From: Lytechinus pictus
Lineage: Eukaryota
Direction: 5' to 3'
Length of the DNA: 64,000 nt
Assembly (NCBI RefSeq): GCF_037042905.1
Contig: NC_087245.1
Span: 3,288,001 to 3,352,000, forward strand
A program made the position numbers and the translations under genes. Below are positions 1 through 11,933 of this stretch, piece by piece. The number at the start of each line of letters is the position of its first letter. Positions within the stretch are counted from its first letter, which is position 1. The notes below the pieces were generated by a model that saw only the letters and a program-made list of their open reading frames with translations, did not search any database and was not told the origin of the DNA.

Positions 1-222
1 TGATTTAACACCAGCCCGGAATCTTTATATATCCACACCAGAGAAGTGTTAAACAACACTAGTTTCGTTTTGGTCTAACACCAGATAGGTGTTTATACAA
101 CACCAATTAGTATTAAAACAGCATCGGTTTGATTCCAAACTGGTATTGTTTCAATACTTCTCGGGTGTGGACATATATAGATTCCGGGCTGGTGTTAAAT
201 CAACACCTGATTTTTTGCAGTG
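1..222. mobile_element. CACTG-terminal palindromic MITE (CMC/EnSpm-like, non-autonomous), left end outside window
   Basis: Arms TGATTTAACACCAGCCCGGAATCT / AGATTCCGGGCTGGTGTTAAATCA; ends ...TTTTTTGCAGTG at 222. Related copies at 8992 and 20123. Superfamily inferred from the terminus only. Confidence 0.75.
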
Positions 223-1450
223 TGATTGGTCCACGTCTTGTAAAGGCCAATAAACACATAATTTCATCTTTTCTTCAATAAAATCTACCACCCACTTGCA
301 GGATGTATGGGAATCCACCAATATAGTGAATCTCAATTTTTCTTCTAAATATACATTCAAAACTGGTATGGAAATAGATCAACTGGATTAATTATGGCAG
401 ATGACGAGCGAAGATAACACATCTACGGTACACTATGTAGCTACAAAAGAATTAACCCATCGATAAACAAAAATCTGTACAGCGATGTCTTACGTATCGC
501 ATCTGACATATGATATTAATTGCGATCTCCAGGAAAATTAAGAATCAGTGACAGCATTTGATCAATCAATTACGAATACATAACATACCATCTTTCATGA
601 ACTCGACGCCACGATGGAAGGCATGGGTAAAGGATATGTGTGTTACTGCTGGGAGTGAACACACACACATGCCTGTATCGGCTGCTGTCGCAATTACATT
701 TTAAAACAAGTCATTCTGACTGAAGGAGCTTGCGACTAGTATTTTCTCTTTAGATTGTCAATAGTTTGGTGGTTTCTCTTGTCCATAGAATATAAGATTT
801 TTGCTGGATTATGGCGTATTATGGTCAACTAGCGACGACTTCCATGTATGCTCAAAACCATCAAAATAGGCCTACAGGAAAGGCCTCGGAGTTGAACATT
901 TACTTTTAGCCAGATTGTGGAGTTTATTAATGACTTTTCGAAGTTAGGTGAATGCTTTCTTTTCTGGATAAAGGGTTTGATTACATTTTTTTTTTAAGTA
1001 GGAAGCCGAGTCAGTTTCCCCAAAGTATCTATCGATGCCATTGCAATGTGTCACCTTTTCTTTCTCCAGACGATGACTTTCTTCAAAACACATCTTTTTT
1101 TTTCACAGCCATTAACTTACCATGATCCATCCAGAGAACACACCAAGTGAAATGATTGGATTAAGGTTATTGTATTTTGCCGCGATAACGTATTTACGTA
1201 GACAACTGAAGCGGAAATGATCCTTAGATTGGCGAATGCGAGGACCGCAAATCAGTATGGGACTAAGAATAAAAATCGATGACGCCATGATGGGATTATG
1301 GTGGATGTGATGGGGTACCTGGATGAGAATTTCACATTCATCTTTGATCCAGGGCAAGATGGACGATGAGCACTGTATTGCAGGGGTCTTCTTTTGTTGG
1401 GGGGGGGGGGTATTCGAAGGAAGGATTAAAATGCGTGAATGTGACTATGA

Positions 1451-1721
1451 AGCCACAGTCACATTTAGACGGCTGAGCTTATCCTGGGCATAGAGGAGAG
1501 ATCTTTGAACGTCCGGGGGAAAATACGGCAGTTTTGGGGAGGTCAAAAAACATCCAGTGTTATTCCTGGACTGCTAGGTTGTCATAGAAACCGTGTGTAC
1601 AGTCATCAACGGTCGTCGACGCCTAATCTAAACTATCTCGAACTTCCTCGGATCATGCCGGTATGATCTGGGTATTGCCGTGTGGATCATCGATGATCTG
1701 TGTTTATATGTGACTGAGGCC
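1451..1721. mobile_element. PIF/Harbinger-like MITE (degenerate)
   Basis: Imperfect TIRs AGCCACAGTCACATTTAGAC / GTTTATATGTGACTGAGGCC; flanks TGA and TAA. Confidence 0.55.
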
Positions 1722-3546
1722 TAAATAATTCAGCAGTGAGACGTAATTCAATAGAGGATTTGGAAAGCAATAATTTGCAGTAAACCTTTTACTATATCAT
1801 TCTTCCTAGAATGCATGAAAAGAATTTAAAAACTTACATATATCGTTTTCATTATTCCAGAGAAAGAAATTAAATTCTAAAGAAATTATTTTAAGCACTC
1901 TATGTATGTAGATTGTTATACAAATTACATAATGTATTTTTGACACAAATGTATCGTCCATTCCAGGGTCATGTCAATTTTAATTGCTTTTAAATTATTA
2001 TGAGGCCCTGAATGTAGAACCAGATATTTTAGATCAATATAATGATGATGTTACGCTAATCTATTTCAGGAAACATTATTCTTATAATACGTAATATGCT
2101 CGGATAATTACAACGTATATTAGCGATTATACCTACATCGTTTATTTGCACAGCATGTGGTAGTATTTTCTTTTTTAATATATTTTTCTAATGTAAGTAG
2201 ACTATTCATGATTCACAGTGTGATGACATTGATACTTTCTTTGTGACAAATAAATCATATTTGGAGATGGATGAGATTGCGAAGATACTGATTTAGTGAT
2301 GTTTGACAAGAAAATTTGCTGCCTTAGCTTTAAAACATTCTAGCTGACTATTAATGCATTAAGGGATCTACAATATTGGATTGTGATAATGTTTGGAACA
2401 TTGATGTAACCTTGAATTTCAACTACTCGAAAAAAAAATCTTGGATTAATTTGGGCTAAATGTTAGATTGCCTTTTACTCAACTCTAGTCCCATTGAACT
2501 GATTTGAATTTCGCGTAGTCTTTTGGAAGTGTTTATTCGTCTGTGACCTGGGTTTTCTTATCATCAAGTTCGAAATTTCTTCCTGTTATACAATACTTAC
2601 TTAATTGGATTACTCTCATTACTTGTATTATTCACAATGGCAAAATTACCCACTTATGCATGAGGCATAATATTTTGAAGATAAATCATATTTCCCATTT
2701 AAGGCGAATATAAACCGCTATAGATCAAGGTATCATATCGCTTTCACCGTTAATGAAACAATTTCTTATCATCATAATTATTTTCTACCTTGTAAAATTG
2801 GGTAATTGTCGATGTCGATGATTTCATATCTTACCCTGATAACTTCATTATATATGAATTGTGGTCACAACAACAGTAAACAATGATAATCAATAACACG
2901 ATGCGAACAAGGAAATTTTGATATATCAGTCATAACAAAATATTAAGATATCATACCTTTTTCTTAACGATTTGTTTTTATTCTGGGACTTCATATGAGG
3001 CATCTTAAACCAAACGCAGCCATTATATCATCCATGAATCCATTGGGTTTACACGTATTTTCTGATTAACCTATAACTATCATTTTCGAAGAATTTAAAG
3101 TCTAATACTTCAATTTATCTATATAGTTACCAGTTATGCCCCAAAATAAATAAACAACATGATCAGGTTTCCTTAATGTTGTGAAGTTCTAATGATTCAC
3201 AGTTGATCACTGTCACTAAACATAGAGTCCTGAATTATTCAACCTATATCAGTACTTACCACGATGATATGGAATAGTATTACACAATTTCCTGATTAGT
3301 ATCTGTATCTTTACCAACTCTAGACGATCCATCGATCACTTTCTTCCCGAGTGGCTACACGTATCTATATTTCCTAAAACTACATATTGCGTGATATAAC
3401 CATATAAGGAGAAGTTTAGGAGTGCTAATTCTAATTTACAAAAAGATCGTGCATGCATTAACCACAGATTCGGGTTTTTAATAGTCTCTCATGACACAGA
3501 TATTTGGTCATTCGCATTTCATTCATTCTCATTTTTGTGTTATATA

Positions 3547-4507
3547 CAGTGCGTATCAAAAAAAAGTTTACACTTATAAAAAATCCTGTAAAATTATACA
3601 TTTGTAATATCCTGAAGATTTTTCCACATTTTAACATTGGTACAGATCCAATTAAGCAAATGACGATATAACTGTCGAAAAATATTTCCGCTTGAGTGAG
3701 CTCCTCTTACTTTTGAAAAGTTCATGAAAACTGATTTGCGCAGAACTTTGAAATAGTTATGCGAATAAAAGTAGACCTTAATCATGAAGAACACGTGGAA
3801 TTTAGCTAATAAACTTTTACCCTTTTTAACTTGTTTCCTTGCCCAAAACACTTCGAAGAGTGCATTGCGCCCCACCCCACTCCCCCACACACCGAGGCCA
3901 TCTTGACAATATTTGCTTTACACTGAGCTGTCATTTACATGAAATTTCTTAGGCTTGATTTTCATTTTGTTAATCATTGTCAAGCTTGGAAAAAGCGTGG
4001 AGAAACAAGTATTAAAGGAAAAATGAAATGTAAACCCACTTTAAATGATAAAAACTTAGTGAAACAATGCTGGAGATGTCTGATATAAACTTTTATTCAG
4101 ATTTAGTTACATCATCAGATCCAACTGGCACAAAAGGGTAAAGGTTGTGCTTACTAAGTGTTGACATTTCAATTTGGGTGGCAAAATTGTTACAAAATGT
4201 ATCCATTTTATTTCTATTGACTAAAAGTGCAAGGGAAATGTATGAGAAATGTTTCGCAGGGTAAGTTTGATTTCGCCCTTTCCCCTTGACACAGCGTGAA
4301 AACGAGCATTTCTGCGCAAACAGATTTCAGCGAGTTTTGCAAAAATGGACAGTGCTCACTCTCAAGTGTAACATTCTGTCAAAACTTTTATTTTTATTGG
4401 ATAGATGAGACCCAAACCCAACATAATATGTGAAAAAAATACCCACATCTTGTATATTTTTTAATTCCCAGGGCTTTTTCAAAGTGTAAACTTTTTTATA
4501 CGCACTG
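3547..4507. mobile_element. Tc1/mariner-like non-autonomous DNA transposon (961 bp)
   Basis: TA|CAGTGCGTATCAAAAAAAAGTTTACACTT ... AAGTGTAAACTTTTTTATACGCACTG; left flank TA, right flank AA; no transposase ORF. Confidence 0.8.
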
Positions 4508-4802
4508 AAGATGGATTTTTAGCTTATTGTTGCAGATAGATATACTTATATATATACAAATATAAATGAAAAGATTTTAATAGAAATGATTAAACTGATT
4601 TGCACGAGTTGCCTGTTACCATCTTTACACCCAGCATTAACCCTTTTTCGTTCTCAATGATTTTATTCTAAAGAAATAATTTAAAGAAACCATATTTTGT
4701 GCCAGAAATTGCTATTCAGTTTTTTAATTTAGATATCACAATGTAATGAAATATGATCAATATATATAAGGCTAATTTTCTTTTCCTATCTTTCTTTCAC
4801 AG

Positions 4803-4913
4803 AATAAATTCATCAACCTCAACTGTTACTAGGTAGACCTACGTCGCGGAGATATTCCCAGCCGTTGACCGTAGATAATGCCTTCTACTAAGTAAAGTAG
4901 CCCAGCTTTAAAG
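4803..4913 (+). other. Possible non-coding 5'UTR exon
   Basis: Pyrimidine tract TTTTCTTTTCCTATCTTTCTTTCACAG| and donor AAG|GTATTA, about 1.6 kb upstream of the MGTVCS exon. Splice-signal inference only. Confidence 0.3.
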
Positions 4914-5579
4914 GTATTACTCATTAAATGCTATTACTCGCCTTCCTTAATTCCTCTCATTCTAGCCCTTTTCTCCTCTTTCTCTCAATATAATCTTTAT
5001 GCATTCCAAATATAGACATATTAACGTTGCTGTGTCTAATCTTCTACCCCCCCCCCCTCTGTTTTTATCTCTCTCTCTTATTCTTTCCGAATCCGTGCTT
5101 TTTCGATTCGCAATTTCTCCAGACTCGCTTTAAGCTTCTTTCATTGTACTTCATCAATCTACTTCACTTACCTCTATATCTTCCTCCCTTCCCCCATAAC
5201 ATCATCTGTGTACTTTTTATTAGTCATCTCTCTGTAACTTTCCTTTGTTTAATGTTATATTGCAGGTGATAACAAAGGATGTGCACTTTTCGTCTCTACT
5301 TTAAACCTAATTTAATCTGCATTTTCCATTTATAAGTAGCTGTCAAAATCTGATAGTAAATGTCTCACGCAACTTTTATCGACCGTGTGGATATCTTAAT
5401 TTCATATTTACTACAATTGTCATGATTACCATTAAATTAGAATTTAGAATAAACGTTATTAAACAAGAAAATAATTATACTGAAAACATGCAAAATTGAG
5501 TAAGGTATATTCTGTCACTTTCAGTTTTTCAATAAGTTTATGCTGTTTGTAATGCTAATATATTAAATGTCCATGCTAA

Positions 5580-5917
5580 TGATGACGACAACGATTCATC
5601 AAAAAAATAATCATTGTCCTCACCATCAGCTACAATTCCCTATAATAATACAATTTCCCCACTGCCGCAACCATCACGGCGGTATCACAATTACGATCAC
5701 GTCATCTAGCCACTATTAACAACCAAAAGCAGATATCTACAATATTACTAATGCCACCACTTCTACCGCCACCAGTAAAATTACTACTAACCTCGACTAC
5801 TAACTTCATCCCTAATAGCATCATCACCATCATCCTCATCACCATCGTCAACATCAACATCATCATCACCACCACCACCGCCATCATCATCATAATCACC
5901 ATCACCGCCGCCACCAC

Positions 5918-5954
<37 letters not shown>

Positions 5955-6470
5955 GTCATCATTATCATCACAATCATTATCTTCAATCTTAAAAAGGTAA
6001 GAGTAACACAACTTAAGCGACATGAACACCATCACACCGCAATTACCACTGCCTTTCCACAATATCTAAACCAATTACTAAAACATCACTGTCACCGCCA
6101 GAACTGTCATATGCACCGTTAAAAACGTAACCAATAATTCCTAACCAATATTCTCATCGTTTATGCCACTAAAAGCAATTCCACCATTAGCACGTCATCA
6201 CCACATTATTACGAAAACCCTTACAATCAACACCAATGTCTACACCTATGAATCATCATACTTATCATCCTATCCCAACACCACTTTCATCACTGCCACC
6301 GTCACCACCAAAAGATTATCTATCATCACACTCGACATCATCTTTCTCCCTCCTCTTCCTCCTCCTCCCCATCACCATCACCACCACCATCATCACCAAA
6401 ATACCCAAATCACAATCATCACCAACACACAACATCGTCACTATCATCACGAACGTCATCGCAATCTTAC
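5580..6470. repeat. Degenerate (CAT)n/(CAC)n trinucleotide region, purest at ~5820-5975
   Basis: Visible CATCATCAT/CACCACCAC runs; explains the poly-I/M/D/H ORFs. Confidence 0.9.
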
Positions 6471-6496
6471 TTTATGATATTCTTAAATCTAAAGGT

Positions 6497-6728
6497 ATGG
6501 GAACAGTGTGCTCAACCCCAAGATCCACCACTGCCATTGAACCAATTTGTAACGAAACTCATTCCAAGGTGCTGCCAGAAATCAAGGAGAGAGAAAAGAA
6601 GTCGAACAGTCAGAGAAACTTCCATCACCCCACTTCCCCCATCAAATTCCAGCAGGAGAGTATTGATATTCCATCTGGGGATACACCTCAGAAAACCCAG
6701 GAGTTAGCCTGCTCTAAAGAACGTATCG
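6497..6728 (+). CDS. Putative first coding exon, MGTVCSTPRS...ACSKERI (N-myristoylation-type start); probably an alternative PDE1 N-terminus
   Basis: ATG 6497 (GT-ATG-G); 77 open codons +1 nt with hydrophilic, protein-like composition; donor G|GTAAGC at 6728/6729 (phase 1), in frame with the exon at 8311. The 5' boundary is uncertain (AAG|GT at 6494/6495). Confidence 0.65.
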
Positions 6729-6925
6729 GTAAGCATCCCTGTAGCTAATTATGTGTCCTGGGTCCCGTTGCTCTAGAAGTTACCATTATGATAACTTTGT
6801 CATCAAATGGTACCTTGTATGGAATCCTTGATTTTGATTGGATGCTGATAAGCTTTACCATAGTAGATACCGTTGCATGGAAAAGTGACCATAATGGTAA
6901 ACTAGTCATTTAAGTGCGACTCTAA

Positions 6926-7631
6926 AGGTCACCTTACGACAAGTTCACGATCCGATTCTGGAACAAATCTCAGTTTGCTCATTTTCTGAAAATGTGAATG
7001 AAAAGTACAATTTTTTATTTGAGGTTCAAATTATTTGACATAATACTAATATACCAATTTTGGATGATTGCTAGTCTTATTTCAGACTTCGTTCTAGTGA
7101 AGACACTACAATTTTACACATTCCTAGAGTCGTTTCAAAAGGAGAGGGAGCTAGTTTCGATTTTTGCGGTCCCAAATTATGGAATAGTTTACCAATACAC
7201 CTTCGATCATGTACTTCTGATGAATCGTTTAAAAGACATTTAAAAACATATTTATTTTGTTGTAGTGTAATTGTAATACTGGAGAGTAATTTTTATAAAG
7301 CGCATAGAGCAATTTTAATTGATTAAGCGCTATATAAGTACCAATTTACTATTATTATTATTTTATTGTTTTGGAGTAATTTTGAAATTAGTCTCAAATC
7401 ATAGTCAATCGTACGATATATATGACATCATTACGACTAGATATTAAATTCATTTTTATTTCAATAAGGGCGGTCATAGCAAAGCCACATATTTGAAAAT
7501 AGGTATTAGTGCGATGCGATGTTTTAGAATATTAAATAGTAAGATATTCCGTGTCTCAATATTAGCATCAAATTCTAATTCGTTTTATTCCAAAATCGGG
7601 TCGCAGACCAATCGTAAGGTGTGCGGTGGCC
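6926..7631. mobile_element. Degenerate TIR element (Harbinger-like)
   Basis: TAA|AGGTCACCTTACGA ... TCGTAAGGTGTGCGGTGGCC; the left TIR has a short deletion. Confidence 0.45.
7295..7362 (+). mobile_element. SINE/L2-type 3' tail fragment
   Basis: TAAAGCGCATAGAGC...AAGCGCTATATAAG...(TAT)n; same tail type as the SINE at 10945. Confidence 0.6.
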
Positions 7632-8310
7632 ACAGGTCATACTTAAATCTTCGTGAAACACCCCCCCCCCCCCCCCAGACTGTCGCACTCTGTGATTTAC
7701 AGTTTGAACACATCAATAGTGGTTCTGGTCAGAATGGCCAAATTTCAGCTTTAAGTAAATTGAAAAGGGCAATGCTGATTGGTAACTGGCCAGCCTTTTC
7801 ACGCTTTTATGCGCATGCAACAACAATTTGATATTTTGCAATTTTTGGCCTTATAACAACCTTTTTGATTTGGAGACTACAAAGATGGAATAAATTATAT
7901 TCCAGTGAATGTTCATCCTAGCTTGAACGTTCACCATTAAAGAAAGAATATTAAAAAAAAGTTGTATTGAAATGAGTATTTGACTGGTCCCAACTCAGTG
8001 TTTTTCAAACAGGCAAAAACACCTTTAATTTCTATGCTATATTGTCATTCAAATGTGATAAATGACGAAAATATGTTTTGGGCCTCTCATACATGATGTA
8101 AGTAGGCCCCCTATGTTGTTTGAAGTAAGTATGTGTTGTGATTAGGTTTAAATGATTTAATATTAAGATTGTGATTACATCAAGAAACATTTTAATCGGT
8201 CGTAAATACCCATAAAAAACAATTATCGTGTGTATATGTTCATACAGATCCCCGAACAGAGTCATACAAAATAGAAATGATGTATTGAATTTATTCAATA
8301 TTTTGCCAAG

Positions 8311-8670
8311 ACCATGCCTACGGTAGATATGCCAGGAGGAAAGATAGAAAACATACTAAACTAACCATGTCATCACTATTTACAGAAGAGAGAAATTTGT
8401 CAGTGAAGGAGAAGAGTGTTGAGAAGGCATCTCCACGTCCTGTCAGTGGGTCCAATTGGGAAGCGCTGATCAAAGAAGATTTCTTTAAAGCTGGGGTAGA
8501 CGAGATCATGAGTTCATCTTCCAAGAAGAAGAATGAGGGTGCTAAGCGGTTCGCATCTCCCACTCATAATTGGTTCAGGAACCGGATCAAGAGTACTCCA
8601 GGGCGGATTGAGAGGAGGGAAGAATTCAAGCAGGCTCACAAAGAGAGCTCCACTACCAAGAAAGGAAAAG
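8311..8670 (+). CDS. Putative second coding exon (360 nt, phase 1-1), (D)HAYGRYARRKDRKHTKLTMSSLF...SSTTKKGK
   Basis: Acceptor TTTTGCCAAG|AC; G from the previous exon + AC gives Asp in the open frame; 120 codons without a stop; donor AAG|GTGAGA at 8670/8671; purine-rich and exon-like. Confidence 0.7.
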
Positions 8671-8991
8671 GTGAGATTTGTGTGTATGTTGTTGTTTAGT
8701 AGTAGAGTGTTTTGTCTAAATGAAACGTTCTGATGAGCTAGAGTTTGATTATTGGAAGGGTAGTTAAGTAGGTGTAGGATTTTGCTTCAGTTAAGAGGAA
8801 AACCCTTTCATATATTTTGAAATACTTATTCAAACTTCTGATTATTTCTTTGATTTCGACTCGATTCATTTTTTGTAACATTTCTGTAAAAAATATGTTG
8901 GCTTTTGATGGTGTTCATTGATATCGATAAAAAGGACAAGTGAGTATCACCAGTCTTTCGGTATGACGAAAACCTTTATATATTCTTGATA

Positions 8992-9085
8992 CACTGCATA
9001 CACACCGGTGTTAATTTAACACCAGCCCGGTATCTATATCCTGTATCAGTCAACACCAGAGAAGCGTTGAAACAACACCAGTTAA
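8992..9085. mobile_element. Truncated copy of the CACTG MITE
   Basis: TA|CACTGCATACACACCGGTGTTAATTTAACACCAGCCCGG... matches 1-222 and 20123-20346. Confidence 0.7.
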
Positions 9086-10795
9086 TAATCAAACCGATAT
9101 TGGTAATATTGGTAATGTAAATATGAAATACAAAGTAATAAGGTTTTTTTAAGAATGAATAGATCCTTAATTTACTTTAAGGAACTAGATATAGGCATAT
9201 ACACTGAAATGTATAGGCTTATAGTTGGTACCTTCAAATAAATTAGGAATCTATTCATTTTTAAATGAATTGATGTCATGAGCTAGTCAGAGTATGATGA
9301 TCGGATTATATGCGAGTATTTGCCCGTAATATATTTCTAAAATCCTCCTTTTAATAAGAATCATCTTTGAAATATCTTATAAATTTCGTCTTACCTATAT
9401 GAGAGTACATTTCCACGAGTCACACATATCTTTTCTAAGCGAGCAGGGGTAGAGCTCAATGGCATTTCAAGACAAAATTATTCAAGCGCCATCTATCGTT
9501 GAATATCCACAGTATTCAACAATCGAAACTCCGTGGCGTTTCAATATATCACGTTACGCATAACATTTGTGTGACTTCGGTGGCTATTCATGTATGGAAT
9601 GACTAACATGCATGTTGTTCATACAAAAGTACACGAGAACTCTCACATTTTTATCTTTACATTGGTTAACATAAAACACATTCATATCAGATCACCGTCT
9701 GTAACTAATATCCACAACTCAACCGAGGATAGTTTCAATGATTAAACTAATATCATGGTAGCATATTCGTAATCGTTGTATTATTTTGATTATATGGATC
9801 ATGAACTTTTAATCGTAATTAACATGATCTTAAAACTAGATTAACATGGTAAATATTCCACAGGGGCCAAGTTTTGTTTCAGGTAAAAACAAATGACCCA
9901 AATCGCTACCCGGTATACAAATAAATGTATTCCATTATAAACGAAGGGGTCCTTTCTGCATGTTCTTGGTCTTTGTGGCCCGGGATTTAAAAAAAAATCG
10001 AGCCGTATTGATGAAGTGATATTGATAATTTATAGACACTTTGTCATTAATTTTTATTTGATTTAGCATTGTAATAATAATAGTAAAAAACGATGAGAAT
10101 GATGACAATAATTAGCTAATTTGACGTGATTAACCTGAATTTCAGATTAATCTGGTAATTATGTTTATATTTTCTTCTTTTTTTATGTTAAAATGTATAT
10201 AAAATAACTCTTTTAACTGACGATTGACAAGGAAATAATGGTAATTCGTGCTATTCAAAAGCGAAAACAGTATGCTTTATAGACAGTGCTTTCGAAAATA
10301 GAATTCGGAAAAAGGCGCTTCTGAATTTGCCACCGAGTACAGGAAATCAAGGAGTGAAAAGAAGTAAACTTCATGGAATTAACGACAGTTTTTCGCAACT
10401 TTGCACCGCTTTTTTCGCTTGATAACGCAATCTACTCCTTTAATCACATTGTAGTGGAATTGTTTCCTTCATGACCTTTACTTAAATTTGATAAGGATTG
10501 CGAGGAGCTACATTTTGGGTACCGGTTTGGACTAAAATTGAACACTGATTATACGAATTATTACGCTTCTCTTCGAGTACGAGACAAATAAATCAACATC
10601 AATTGAAACTTTACCGTCATGAGGATGGTTCTTGGTTTCTTTTTTTAAACATCACCCACCAACCTTAAATACCGAAACTTCCTTTGAAATAAATCATTTA
10701 ACACTTCATTCCTTTACAGATGACACTAAAGTGTTGGATTTGAATTGGTGCCACTATGTTTTATTAGCGCTTCAATATTTCCGGCAGTCGACTAA

Positions 10796-11933
10796 TCGCC
10801 CTTTCACACGGTGAAAAATATCGTAATTTGTATTATGATTCTAGTGAAAATAAGGCTAATGACGATTATTTAGCACGTGTGAAACCAAACTAGAACATGA
10901 TTAGAATCACGAACGCTAATCACAGTCACGATTGCAATACTAACAATAATAATAATAGCCAATTTTATATAGCGCTTTTCCCAGAACTGCTCAAAGCGCT
11001 TTACAGCAAACTATTACCCCAGTCATTGGATAGATAGGTAGAACAATTTTGTTTCCACACGTTAAAAAACCCAAACAGATACATAGTCTGATTTGCATTG
11101 GGGCCGTGCCATGAATTAAATGTACAAAGTAAAAGGCACCCAATCTTAGTATACATTAATAATACATAAAACATAATAATCGTAATTATTACCAGGTGAT
11201 AATACAAAAAAAAGGTAAGTTTATACAAATAATTACGAATTGTAATCAAATGATAAGTTGGAAATATACAGAATATCTTCAATATGAATGCATAATACAG
11301 AAAATATAACATTCTTATAGGGTGAAATATTACTCAGATACATAATTATAAATTGATTAATTTGAATTACTGAGAAAAAAAATATGTATAAAAACACTGC
11401 ACACCCACCCCTACACACAAACAGATACACACCATACACCTTTCCAAACACCCGTCATCATTAAGTCTCATCCCTATAACGCATACAGGTATAATGGGTA
11501 AAAAATCATGTGATTGATTTCCTTAAATTAGCTAAAGCCCTTTTGAAACTGGTAGTGGTATTATATTGTTGAATTTGAATTGGTAGTGAGTTCCAGCATT
11601 GAGCCCCCCTGAACGTAAAAGTTTTCTTTCCAGATTCGGTTTTTGCTTGGGGATATTTAAAGGATTCATTTCGATCCCGCACGAAAAGTGCACAATTTCC
11701 ACTCGCTGGGGAGCATTCCTTGCATTCATCGCAGCCTCATAATGGCGCTAGCAAATTCAAACAGACAATATATTTCGCATCCTACCGGGTACCCATATAG
11801 CACCTGGGTCGAGAGTGGCTAAGTGTGGATTAACGCCTTTTTAAAGGACGCTAGACCGCGGTAGGATTCGAACACACGACCCTCTGTTTACATCATTACA
11901 ATGATAATTCAAGATTCATGTGTGAAAAGGCCC
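10796..11933. mobile_element. Old Harbinger-like MITE split by a SINE insertion
   Basis: TAA|TCGCCCTTTCACACG ... TGTGTGAAAAGGCCC|TAA; imperfect TIRs with TAA on both sides. Confidence 0.55.
10945..11891 (-). mobile_element. tRNA-derived SINE (Deu-domain-like core, L2-type tail), itself interrupted by ~0.65 kb AT-rich DNA
   Basis: Minus strand: B-box GTTCGAATC (11865-11873); core CCACTCTCGACCCAGGTGCTATATGGGTACC; tail GTAAAGCGCTTTGAGC...AAAGCGCTATATAAAATTGGC(TAT)n at 10945-11005. Confidence 0.75.

Noticed and set aside
589..3373. Minus-strand spliced transcript (donor-like sites near 588, 1120, 3259)
   Set aside because: No consistent reading frame; GTAAGT-like hexamers are frequent by chance in AT-rich DNA.
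5702..6477. Poly-M/I/D/H ORFs, and the 6236 upstream extension of the MGTVCS frame
   Set aside because: Translations of CAT/CAC repeat sequence; the extension is low-complexity, though not formally excluded.
9485..9499. CTCF-like motif AGCGCCATCTATCGT
   Set aside because: Partial match only and unsupported without ChIP or conservation data.
11780..11891. tRNA gene
   Set aside because: Only a B-box and partial head are present, continuing into SINE core; no full cloverleaf.
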